In this document: in pieces, positions 25,400 to 36,970 of the stretch | Layout: each line of letters starts with the position of its first letter | Position numbering within the stretch: the first letter of the stretch is position 1 | NCBI RefSeq assembly: GCF_963921235.1 | Contig: NC_086107.1 | Coordinates: forward strand, 86,862,001-86,926,000 | Length of the DNA: 64,000 bases | Source of the DNA: Mobula hypostoma | Lineage: Eukaryota | Reading direction: 5' to 3' | Translations under genes and position numbers: made by a program | Notes under the pieces: generated by a model | The model's input: the letters and a program-made list of their open reading frames with translations, nothing else | Told to the model about the DNA's origin: nothing | Databases searched by the model: none

Positions 25400-25415
25400 G
25401 GCTCTGAAAAGAGCC
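25400..25415 (-). promoter_or_regulatory. Histone 3' stem-loop of H3 copy 1 (HDE at ~25376-25388)
   Basis: The minus strand reads GGCTCTTTTCAGAGCC, then purine-rich GAGAAAAGGGCT. Confidence 0.97.
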
Positions 25416-25444
25416 TTTTGTTGTGCTTGGTGCCGAGGTCGGGT

Positions 25445-25861
<417 letters not shown>

Positions 25862-25919
25862 TCAGCAGTGCGATTACAGCCTGAAATATCAGGATTGAAG
25901 TGTCAGAGCAGACGCTGGG

Positions 25920-26165
25920 TCTGGCTTTTAAAGAGTTGAAGGGCCGCCCCGCTCCCCTTCTGATTGATTGGAATGGAGATGTCCATCATAGGGTCTCAGC
26001 AGTGCGATTGGCTGGCTTTCTTTAATCAGTTTGAAGCTGTCCGGCGTGGGGGTTGAGGAATAGTATCTGTGACCAAATATGGAAACTAGTGACTGAGGGT
26101 CAGAATCCAGCCAATCCGACTGCAGGGATTGGATGTCCGGTCAATTTCAAATCGCCCGCCAATTT
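25920..26165 (-). promoter_or_regulatory. H3 copy 1 promoter
   Basis: TATA-like TTTAAAA (25926-25932), GC box, CCAAT boxes (25967-25971, 26007-26011, 26111-26132) and a CDE-N4-CHR GGCGG-GCGA-TTTGAA (26146-26160). Confidence 0.8.
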
Positions 26166-27705
26166 CTAGAGCTATCAGGGCTAGTTGCCTAGTTACAGTA
26201 ATAGAATCATGAATTGTCAAATTTCACCTTCACTTAAATAATCGTTTTTACTTCTCTCAATTATTTAAATCTGAATGGTTGCATATTTAGTGAATAGCTT
26301 CTTGAGGCGAGTGAATTCAGTTCTGCCGGAAATGGGAGGATAGGGAGAGGATTGAGATCAATTTTATTTACTGTACCTGTATATACGAAATGTCTTTTTT
26401 GGGAAAATAAATAATCTATATGGGAGGCAGGGTTTAAGGTTCGGCACAACATTGTGGGCCGAAGGGCCTGTACTGTGCTGTAATATTCTATGTTCTAAGT
26501 ATATATATATGTATATTAAATAGTACAAATAATGCAAAGACAGTCATAGCATGTTACTGGGTAATTTCTGTATGTTTCATCCCTCTCCAGTCCATTGCCA
26601 GAGCCGGATCGCCCGCCAATTTCAAATCGCCCGCCAATTTTTTGAGCAACCGGGGCTAGTTGCTTACAATTAATAATAATAAATGATCTAATTTCATCTT
26701 TATTTAAATCAGCATTTTAACCTCTCAATTAATTGAACCTGAATGTTTGCACGTTTACTGAATAGCTTCTCGAGGTGAGTTAATTCAGTCCTGCCGGAAA
26801 CTTGAAAACAAAGAATTAAGATCGATTTAATTTACTGCATTTACTAAATTGTTTTTTGGGGGAAAACAAAGCCGCAACAGAATCACAGGAATCAATGGCA
26901 AACAATTAAATTATCTATCTCTGCCCGCTCCAAGTCGTGCTCAACGACAAACCCATTGTCGCCCTCTCCTTTTATACACAGCGCCCTGACCTGCGGAGAG
27001 AAACAGTGTCGGAGTAATGGAGCAGAGAGAGGCATTTCATATTACAGCTCCGTCCCAATTTTACTCCACCGCTAATTTCCAACGCTTGATCCGAACATAG
27101 AATGGAAATACAGCGCTCCGCGCAGCCCTTCAGAAGCGCGAGTTCTTTATTGAATCAGAATCTGGTTTAATATCACCGGCATATATCGTAAAATTTATTA
27201 ACTTGGCGGCAGCAGTGCAATGCAATACATGATAATATAGGAAAAGTAAATAAGTAAGTATACATATATAAAATAGTTAAAAGTACTACATGTTACCCGG
27301 TAATTACTGTACCTTGTTTCATCCCTCTCCAGTCCATGCCCAGAGCCTGTTCCCTCTCCTCAGATAATTTAGCAGTTTTGTCACTTTAACCCTGAATTGA
27401 AACTTCCATGTTGGGCTTTGAGCTGAGACAGAGATTCTCCGCCAGTGCTACCATCTCCCGGCCTCAAATAAGAAACGGCCTTTGAACGGAGACTGAAGCG
27501 GAACAAATTCATGTCCAATTGAGTCTCGGTCCGAACATCCGATACTGTATTTTATTTCAGATACTAGGGAAGGGACGGCAACGCCGAATGTCAACGAGGC
27601 ACCGGGGATCCCGGGTTTTCTGAAAGTAGTTCGTACTGACATCTAAACCGACCAGGATCTGGAATCGCGCGATTCTGGATCAGCTCTTATCTGGGAGATG
27701 TGGGT

Positions 27706-27721
27706 GGCTCTTAAAAGAGCC
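27706..27721 (-). promoter_or_regulatory. Histone 3' stem-loop of H1 copy 1 (HDE AGATAAGAGCTG at 27681-27692)
   Basis: The minus strand reads GGCTCTTTTAAGAGCC followed by ACCCA. Confidence 0.97.
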
Positions 27722-27745
27722 TTTGGTTTCGGGTCTTTACTGTAT

Positions 27746-28339
27746 TTACTTTTTGGCCGCTGTCTTCTTGGTTTTCACAGATTTTGCCTTCGGCTTGGGT
27801 TTTGCCGACTTCTTGGCCACCTTGGGGGCTGCGACTTTCTTCGGACTCTTGGGCTTCTGCGCGGTCTTCTTGGTCGCTGTTTTCTTAGCTGCCGCTTTTT
27901 TAACCACAGTTTTCTTAGCCCCTTTGGTCTTGGCGGGAGATTTCTTGGCACCTGTTTTCTTGGCCACGGATTTCTTGGCCGCTGGTTTCTTCGCTTTTTT
28001 CACGACTTTCCCGGTATGTTCTTTTTTAGCGGCTCTCAAGGAGCCGGAGGCACCTGCGCCCTTAGTGTGAACCAGGGTGCCTTTATCCAATTTCCTTTTA
28101 ATGGTCAGCCTGATCTGACCTTTCAGCTTTTGTACATCGACGCCGCTGCTGGCCAAACTCTTCTTTATCGCGGCTACGGACACCCCTCGCTGACTGCGGC
28201 AATCGGCCACAATCTTGTCGATCTGATCGCCCAGTTTGGGACCGGCTGACTTTGTCCGGACAGCGGCCTTCTTCTTCTTGGCAGCCTTGGGTGTGGTGGC
28301 GGGTGCCGCTGGTGGAGCCACTTCTGCGGTCTCGGTCAT
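27746..28339 (-). CDS. H1: Linker histone H1, divergent globular domain, 197 aa
   Basis: N-tail, globular domain (GVS..AIKKSL, KGTLVHTKGAGASGS) and Lys/Ala-rich C-tail. Intronless, with a stem-loop and H1 box. Confidence 0.97.
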   Translation of the reverse strand: MTETAEVAPPAAPATTPKAAKKKKAAVRTKSAGPKLGDQIDKIVADCRSQRGVSVAAIKKSLASSGVDVQKLKGQIRLTIKRKLDKGTLVHTKGAGASGSLRAAKKEHTGKVVKKAKKPAAKKSVAKKTGAKKSPAKTKGAKKTVVKKAAAKKTATKKTAQKPKSPKKVAAPKVAKKSAKPKPKAKSVKTKKTAAKK

Positions 28340-28409
28340 GGTCGGAAACTGTGCACAAACTCTCTCGAACTCTGAAGTGTGTGAGAAATGAAGCGAGAGG
28401 CGGCGGTGC

Positions 28410-28845
28410 TGAGCAATTTAAAGGCAGCGAGCGGACGGGGCGGAGACATCCTGCAGTCAGCTCCCGGCCGCTCCGTCTCTCTGTGTTTCTCTCTCCCGAA
28501 AAACTCTCCGATTCCGATTAAAATAGGACATCCCCAAGACCCAGACTACTCTCTGTCTGTGTCCGAGGCCGGATTCTCTGCTGTAAAGAAAGTTTGGTCC
28601 GAATTAAACACAGCAGTTTCTATATCAACCCGTTTCACTGCTGTACTGGTCGTCTTCTTACCCGAGATCGCGACATTTTCGCAGTTTTCTGACTGAAATA
28701 TTGAAACCAACGAAAAAGTTGCGGTTAATTCCCACTTCAGGACTGAGCTGGGGAGCTGGGCCACCCCATGACAGAGAAATCGTTTTATTTTCGAAAGGTG
28801 GGGTTGAAAAATCCAGCGATGTGACCGGACTCACAAACACAGAGA
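28410..28845 (-). promoter_or_regulatory. H1 copy 1 promoter
   Basis: TTTAAA (28417-28422), GCGGACG (28431-28437), GC box (28437-28443), H1/AC box AAACACA (28482-28488, -) and an inverted TG box (28835-28841). Confidence 0.8.
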
Positions 28846-28893
28846 TACCAGTCTAAGCCATCAGGCCCTCTAACACACTCTCTCTGACACACC

Positions 28894-29033
28894 CACAAAA
28901 TGCTGGACTCAGGGTTCGGCCCGAAATGTCCACAGTACTTTTTTTCCATAGATGCTGTCTGGCCTGCTGAGTTCCTCCAGCATTTTGTACGTGTTGCTCG
29001 GATTTCCAGCATCTGCAGTTTTTATCTTGTTTA
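28894..29033 (+). mobile_element. Penelope-derived mini-insertion with 14-bp TSD
   Basis: CTCTCTGACACACC at 28880-28893 and 29034-29047. The paralogous site at ~45965-45985 is empty. Confidence 0.85.
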
Positions 29034-29339
29034 CTCTCTGACACACCGTTCAAATCTGTATATTCACAGCAAACTGTTGGCCCGGTGCACAGTTCCCAGC
29101 GCAGGTTTTCTTCTCCGCTCGACCTGCTCTCCGGATTATTCGCGTGTTATTTGTATAATTCCAGTTCAGTAACACCCCGAAACCGGCGCTCCTCACAGTC
29201 CTGATCCCTGGTTAGTGTTAGATTTATCTCCTCCTTACGTGGGCTGAACGTTCAGTTTAAATAGGAGATGAAGACCGTTTGCAGTGTCCTGCTGTTTGAT
29301 CAACAAAATTCTATATAATTGTCACCAAACCTCCCTACT

Positions 29340-31065
29340 TTTATGTTCAATTCCTCAGTTAATCTCACAAATCTGTTTGAGTTCCTTGAAGAGGTAACCC
29401 AGAGATTTGATGAGGGCATCATAGCCACATCGTATTAGAGATGCTTTATTCAGAAGAAAAGTATCAGTGAAACATAAATTAGACAAAGTCCCTACGGAAC
29501 TGCAGTCTGGAAAGTTAGATGACACGGGAATCCAGGGAGAGGTAGAAGTCGATAGATACTCGGCTTGATGTTAGGAGACGGGGGTGATAGTCGAAGGTGG
29601 TTTACGGGACAGGAGATCAGTGAGGAGTGACGAGTCACAGGGATCGGTGCCGGTCCCATTGCTTTTCATCTTTCATATAAAGAATTTGGATGAGAGCGTA
29701 CAAGACATGGATAGTTTGTTTGAAGATGACACTAAGCTAGGTGGTTGAGTCATAGAGCAACAAAGCGCAGATACGATGTCCACATTCCTCTCAACTTCCG
29801 GATTAAACGCCCTGACTGACTGATGCTAAACACGTCTTTCACTGCCCAGTCTGCCAGTGATGCCACTTTCAATGAACAATGCTCTTGACTTCTCAATCCC
29901 TCTCTCCAGTGACTCTCCCTAGTTCCCCACCATTCATGTCCTACCTTGATTTGACTTTCCAAAATACGTCATCTGAATTGTAATCCTCTGTCAGGCCTTC
30001 TGCTTTTACCCATCTTGATGTGCTGTAGCACTGCAAGTACCTCCTCCTTGGTAACATAAATGTCCTAGGAAAGATCTCCACTTGTTTATTTTATCTCTTG
30101 AGATTGATTTTCTCCTTGGTAAACATTGAAGTGAAAATTCATTACAAATCCCACCCACCTGCAGCTGAAGATCTTGGCAGACATGCTGATCTCTAAGGAG
30201 ACCGAACCTCTCCCTAGCCACCCCTTTACTCTTAATACAGCTGGAGAACCTCTTGGGAGATTCCTTAACCTTACCTGCCAGACCCATCTCAAACCTTCTC
30301 TTTGCCTTCTGGTTTCCCTCCTAAGAGTATTGTTAATCTTCTAATAGTTATCAAATGACTTGCTCGATGCTAATCTCCTGGATGAAGTGTTTGTCTCCTT
30401 TTTGTCTTGATGCTATCTTCAATATCTCTCATTAGCCAAGGTTCCCAATACTTGCCAGGTTATCCTTCACCCAAACAGGAACATACTGTTCTTGGACACT
30501 TGCTTTTCCACTTATTAACTCCTCTCACTTGCCATTCATTCATTTCCTTTCATACAACCTCTTCAAATAGACCTTGTCTGGATCTGAATTCCACCAACAT
30601 GACCCTGCTGCAGATCACAGCCCTAACCAGTGGAGCTGACCAATCCTTTGCCATTACTAAATTAAACTAGCAGAGAGACTGAAGAAGGTATCAGAAATTA
30701 CATGGGAATCTTGGTTAACTGAGTGTCAGCAGTACATTCCAGGCATCCACCACTCTCCATGCAAAATATTTGCACTGAACCACACATTTGAACATTCCCA
30801 TACTCATCTTAAATGCTTGTCCACTCATATTAGATACTTAATCCCTGGGGAAATTGTTGTCTTCTCTGTCAATGCTTCTCATAATCTTATAACCACTGCC
30901 AGGTCTCTCTGAAGCTCCACCTCCCAAGAGAAATCACCCAAATTTGCCTAAATTCTCCTTATAGCATATGCTTCTAATCCAGGTAACATCCTAGTAAATG
31001 TACACTCTGAACCCTCTCCAAAGACTTCAAGTCTTTCCTATAATGTAACCAACAGAATTGAATGC
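29340..31065. mobile_element. Old CR1 fragments, mixed orientation
   Basis: TNLFEF and QGSV motifs, partly shared with 46255-47545. Confidence 0.7.
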
Positions 31066-31760
31066 AGTATTCCAGAGGAGACCTAACTCGACTTTTGGAC
31101 TCTACTCCAGAGGAGGCCTAGACTCTACTCTAGAGAAGACCTATCTCGACTTTTAGACTTTATCCTAGATGACGCCTTACTATACCCTTGGACTCTACAC
31201 CATAGAAGGCAAAACTAAACTGTCAGACTCTACTCTAGAGGAGGCCTAACTAGACTTTTAGACTCTATTCCAGAGGAGGCCAAACTACAATTTTAGACTT
31301 TGCTCCAGGCAAAGCCATAATAGTCTTCTAAACTCTACTCCAGAGGAGGCCTAGACACTATTCTTTAGGAGGCCTAACTAGACTTTTAGACTCTGTTCCA
31401 GAGGAGGTCGAGACAGAATTCCAGTGGTGCTGTACTCTAGAAGGGTACTAACTAGATTTTTAGATCCTATTCAAGAGAAAGCCTAACTAGATTTTTATAC
31501 ACTGTTCTAGAGAGGCCTAGACTCTACTCCAGATGAAGTCTACCTAGACTTTTAGACTTTACACCAGACAAGGCCTAACTATACCTTTGAACTCTACTCC
31601 ACAGGAAGCCATACTAGACACTTAGACGCTATTCCAGATGAGGCCTGAACAATACTTCAGAGGAGGCCTAACTAGACTTCTAGACTCTCTTCCAGAGGAG
31701 GACTAGATAGTTCTTTACAGGAGGCCAAACTAGGCATTTAGAATTTACTCGAGAGGATGG
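31065..31760. repeat. Minisatellite of 35-bp (CTCCAGAGGAGGCCTAACTAGACTTTTAGACTCTA) and 23-bp monomers
   Basis: About 20 diverged tandem units that start directly out of a minus-strand CR1. Confidence 0.9.
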
Positions 31761-32009
31761 CTAATGTTTTAACTTTACTTATGAAGGGCTGCAAGGATAA
31801 GCCAGGGACCAAGTCAGTGAGCCGAACATCAATGGTTACACGATTGGCTTGGTGGATGTAGATTGAGGGAGATAGCCCGTACAGTCACCAGCCTTTAAAT
31901 GAAAAGATTAATCTTCAGGTCCAAATTTACATCTTTCCCTCGCATCCCAAACTCATGCCCCCTACTTTTGGTTTTCCCTAAGCTGGGGAAACAACTGTTA
32001 CAATCCAGC

Positions 32010-34175
32010 TTCAAAGTTCAAAGTAAATTTATCAAAGAGCATATATATCACCATTTACAACACTGAAATTCATTTTCTTTGGGCATTCACAGTGAATCCA
32101 AGAAACACAATAGAATCAATGAAAGGCAACACCCAACAGGATAGACAAACAAATAATGTGCAGAAGACAGTGAACTGTGTGAATACAAAAATAAATAAAT
32201 AAACAATAAATTTTGAGAATATGAGATGAAGAGTCCTTAAAAGAGAGTCCATAGGTTGTAGGAGTATTTCGATGGTAAGGCAAGTGAAGTTGAGTGACGT
32301 TATCCTCTCTGGTTCAAGAACCTTTTGGTTGAGGGGTAATAACTATTCCTAAACCTGGTGATGTGGATCCTGAGCCTCCTTCCTGCTGGAAGCAGCAAGA
32401 AGAGAGCATGTCCTGAATGGCGGGGCTCCTTGATGATGGATGCTGCTTTCCTGTTACAGTGTTCCATGTAACTGTGCTCCCTTCATACTCCCTTGCTCCA
32501 AGGAATAAAAAAACTAGCCTGATCAATCTCTGCCTATTACTGAAGCCCTCTAGTCTTGACAACATCCCTGCAAATCTTTTCTGCACTCTTACCGGTTTAA
32601 ACATGTCTTTTCTTCAATAGGATGATCAAAATTGTACAGAGTCCTCCAAAAATTTATACAACTGCTAACGTAATGTCTCAACTCCCATAACCAACACCCA
32701 AGCCAAAATAAGCCAGTGTGCCAAATGTGCCCTTCATCATCCTGTCCACCCGTGATGTTGCTTTCAGCAAACTAAGCATTGCTAGATCCCTCTGTTCTGT
32801 TAAGCTCCTCAGTGCCTGTACATTTATAGTATACATGAGTCTTGGTTGACATTCCAAAATGTATCATGTCACACTTATCAAATGTATTGAAATCCATTTG
32901 CTAGTTCTCAGACCACTTCCCTAACTGATCAATATCCATCTGTAATACTTCAATATTTTCAACTGATCCTGATTTTGTATCCTCTGCAAACTTACTGATC
33001 AAGCCTTGTATATTTGCATCCAAATCATTTACATAAGTAACAAATAACAGGCGTCCCAACACCAAACCCTGTTGCACTCCAGTCTCCATTCCAAGAAATA
33101 TGGTAGACTGCGGTGACACCAGAGTTCGTGGTATAATGGACAGGGATGTTTATTCAGGGTACAACGGGATGTCAATGAAATGGTGAGGGCAAGGAATGGC
33201 AGGTGGAATTTAACTCTGACAAGTGTGAAGTGTTGCATTTTGAAAACTGAAACTATGACAGGACTTCCACTACAACTGTTGTGACCCTGGAGATTGTTGT
33301 TAAAGAAAAGCACATAGGAATACTTGCATATTGTTCCTTGAAATTAGTGATGTAGATACACAGAATGGTGAAGGTGTATGAAAAGCTGGCTTTCATCAGA
33401 CAGTGCATTAAGTAAAGGAGTTGGGACCTCATATTACACAAGCATGTTGTTGGCGAGACCACAATAGGAAGGATGTCAGTAAATTAGCAAGGATGCAGTG
33501 AAGATTCACAACAATGTTTGCAGTGTGGCTTGCCCACAGAAGACAGAATGGAGTGTATTCTGGAGGATGGAGACCAGTGGTGTTTTGTAGAGATCTGTTC
33601 TGGCACCCCAGCTGTTTGAGAATTTTATAAGCGACTTGGATGAGGAAGTGGAAGGGTTGGATCGAAAGTTTGCAGATGACACAAAGGTTGGTGAAGTTGT
33701 GGATAGTGTAGAATGTTGCCATAGGTTAAAATGGCACATTGATAGAATGCAGAGCTGGGCTGAGAAGTAGCAGATGGAGTTCAACCCGTATAAGTGTGAA
33801 GTGATTCACTTTGGAAGGCCAATTTTCAAGCCAGAAATTAGGATTAATGGCAGTATTCTTAGCTGTGTGGAGGAACAGAGGTATCATGGGTTCCATGTCC
33901 ATAGATCCCTCAAAGTTGCTGAATGGGTTGATAGGGCTGTTAAGAAAATGCATGGTATGTTGGCTTTCATTAGTTGGAGGACTGCGTTCAAGAGCCACCA
34001 GCTCAATAACATGCTGGTTAGACCACACTTGCAATATTGGGTTTACCTCTGCATGCCTCATTGTTGGAAGCTTTGGAGTTGGTGCAGAAAATTTACCAGG
34101 ATGATGCCTGCAATAGACAACATGTCGAGGATATGTTGAGAAAGCTAGGGCTTTTCTCTCTGGAGTGAAGGAGGA
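32010..34175. mobile_element. Rex1/Babar 3' end (32010-32470, -) and CR1 fragments
   Basis: TTCAAAG tail, and GVQQGLVLG, KFAEDTK and MEFNPYKCEVIHFGR motifs. Confidence 0.7.
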
Positions 34176-34177
34176 TT

Positions 34178-36545
34178 TCTTATGTTAGTTCTTGATAAAA
34201 GACAACTTAGCATAGGTAAAAACTAACACATCTTTATTTGGGACACGGCAGCAATGGGTTCAGCCAGCATGAGTACTATGACCAGTTGACTGGTTCTGGG
34301 TTGAATCACCTGCATTGCACACTGGGAACATAATAACACATCTTCCCCCTTTAAAGAAAAAAGGAACACAATTCTGCGTCCTCATAAACCTGCAAGAAGT
34401 AATAATGCATTCCAACAAAGACACCTGCAGTACATTAACCAATTGTAATAAGCAAATACAGTCCCTTATTCACACAGCTACTTTCAATACATCTCTGTGG
34501 TGGATTGATGATCCCTTTCGATCTAACATTTGTTGCCTCGGATGTATTGTTTTCATCTGCTGCACTTTTATGAGTGTCTTTTTGAGAATTCATGTTTATT
34601 TCTTTCACATCCTTCTACTTACATCCTATCGGTTCATCTCTGTTCTTGTTCTTGCTGTGTGGCCATAACTTACTTCACATGCCTCATAATGGAGTCCTCG
34701 ACTATATCCACGTGATCAGTGAGTATTTGCACAAGTTTCAACTGATTCTGTCTCATTTCACAGAGCTCCTTATGTTGGCTGTGCATCATAGATAGCAACT
34801 CCTGCTGTTTTGTGTTGAACTATTGCCGTTGTCCTGACTTTTGGGTCAGTGTACCTTTTTGTTTTTCATCTTCAACTTTGAAGAGGATCATGGAGATATT
34901 TTTTGATTTTCAGTCTTTATCTAGGAGTCAATAAGGGGCAGATTTTGAACCAAAGCTGCATGATGTGGAAGCAAGAATGACGACTTCTTCATTATGATCA
35001 CTCTGATTAGCACTGGCATACTGACTGTCATGCTGGTGTAACTGGTACAGATGTCTATGGAATGTGGTGTTCTTGTGCTTTTCTTGCATAATCTCTCTGG
35101 AGCTCTTGTGGATGCTGTTACAAGTTTCTCAAGTTACATCAGGTAAGCATCTGAGCCCTTCCAGGACATCTGCACAGCCTTCCTCGTCACTTTTGGTCAG
35201 TGAAGCCACTATGAAAACTCTTTTTCACCAGGTTGAGATTTTCACATGCACTCAGACCTAATATTGGCTGTACTTACTTTTCAGCAATCAGTAGCTGTGC
35301 ATTTAGGTGCTGTCTCTAATGCTTATCACTATATGGCCACTTTTTACTGGTAGTTTCTTTCCAGTATAGCCGGTCACTTTTAACTTCACTGAATAAATCT
35401 TGCTCTTTACTTTGAGAGACTTATAATCATCCATGGATAATAGATTTGCCTGGCCTCCAGTGTCAAGCTCAAATGGAATTACTATCTCATTCACAGTCAC
35501 TGGAACAATGCATTCCAATTTACAAGCACCCACCGTCGGTAGAGAATCTACAAAGTCTTCCTCCTTTTCTTCAGCAGCTGTGTGCACCTTTGTCTTGGTA
35601 GCCCCAGTTTTACAGCACTTTGCAAAATGATTCCACTTCCCACAATTATTGCAGGATTTTCCATATGCAGTAAACATCTTTGGGATGTGCCTACCTCCAC
35701 ATTTGCTGTTTGAGTCTATCTCTTTGCTTTGCCATTGTTTTGGGAACTGCCTTGTGTTCTGCCCTCTGTTTTTACAGCATGCACTGCGCAGCTCCTCAGG
35801 TTTTGACTGTATGATCTCCGCTGCCCTAGGCATATTCACAGTCTTTTTCAGTGTTAAAACTTTTTTACAGAGCATGCTTTCTCTGAGAACATTATCTGGG
35901 ATTCAACAAACTACTTTGTCTTTAACTAGTGAGTCTCTTAAATCTCCAAACTCACAGGACTCAGTGTGTGTAGCTCAGTTTAGTATTGGTCATAACTAAC
36001 ACCTTGTTCCTGGTCACAGGAAAAGAACTTATATCTTTCAAATGTGACATTTTTACTTGGGACAAAATACTCAAATTTTGTCATCAGAGTGTCCAATGCA
36101 AAGTCTGTTTCATCAATTTGAAAGCTGTTGTAGATGTCCAAAGCATCTTTTCCAATTACATGTAGAAAGATAGATGTTTTCAAATGTTCATCAGCCCTTC
36201 CGGCTCAGCTCACTGATAAATATATATTGAATCGTTGGAACTGTTTCCATTTTTCATTTAGATTGCTGGTAACCTGTAGAGGTGCAGGAGGACTTAGCTT
36301 ATACATGACCAAATTTTTGGGCTCTTACCTGAATCATTCTTGGTGAACAACAGCAGCTGCAGGACGCAAAGTGCCCTCTGGCTGGAAGCTTCTCGCCATT
36401 GGAACCTAGCATCTCTTTCTTAATCGCTCGCAGTATATTTACTCTCTGTGTTTCATCCTCACACCACTTCTGACACAATGTAATGTTTGTTCTTGATAAA
36501 AGACAAACTTAGCAGGGGTAAAAACTAACATGTCTTTATCTGGGG
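34178..36545 (-). mobile_element. Internally deleted Ty3/Gypsy LTR retrotransposon
   Basis: 3' LTR 34178-34340 preceded by PPT AAAGGGGGAAGA. Partial 5' LTR from 36479. PBS TTGTGTCAGAAGTGG (36464-36478, tRNA-Leu-like). Gag (FLHVIGKDALDIYNSF; knuckle CNNCGKWNHFAKCC) and protease (ELDTG). RT not seen. Confidence 0.9.
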
Positions 36546-36970
36546 CATTCCAGGACTGACGAAGGGTCTCAGCCCGAAGGTGCTGCCTGGCCTGCTGAGT
36601 TCCTCCAGCATTTTGCATGTGTTAAGAGGTAAAGTTCGACTGGATAGCCGAGGACTTTTTCCCGGGGTGGAAATGGCTATAAGAAGGCGGCATAACTTTA
36701 AGCTTATTGGAGGAAAGTATAGGGAGAATTGTCAGAGGTAAGATTTTTTTTTACACAGAGAGAGGGATTGTGGTAGAGGCAGCTATATTAGGAACATTTA
36801 CGAAACTCATAGATGGGCATGTAGATATTTTTAAAATGGAGGGCTATGTGGGATGGAAGGATTAGATTGATCTTAGAAGGCCAGCACAACATTGTAGCCT
36901 GAAGGGCTTGTATGTGCTGTACATATGTGCTACGTTCTACGACTAAGACCATAAGATATAGGAGCAGAAC

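Noticed and set aside
27698-28249. Hydrophobic plus-strand ORFs antisense to H1 (also 44787-45338)
   Set aside because: The reverse complement of Lys/Ala codons gives Phe/Leu. One frame is broken in copy 2.
31065-31760. CRISPR-like appearance of ~35-bp repeats
   Set aside because: The monomers are contiguous and diverged with no unique spacers, there are no cas genes, and the context is eukaryotic.
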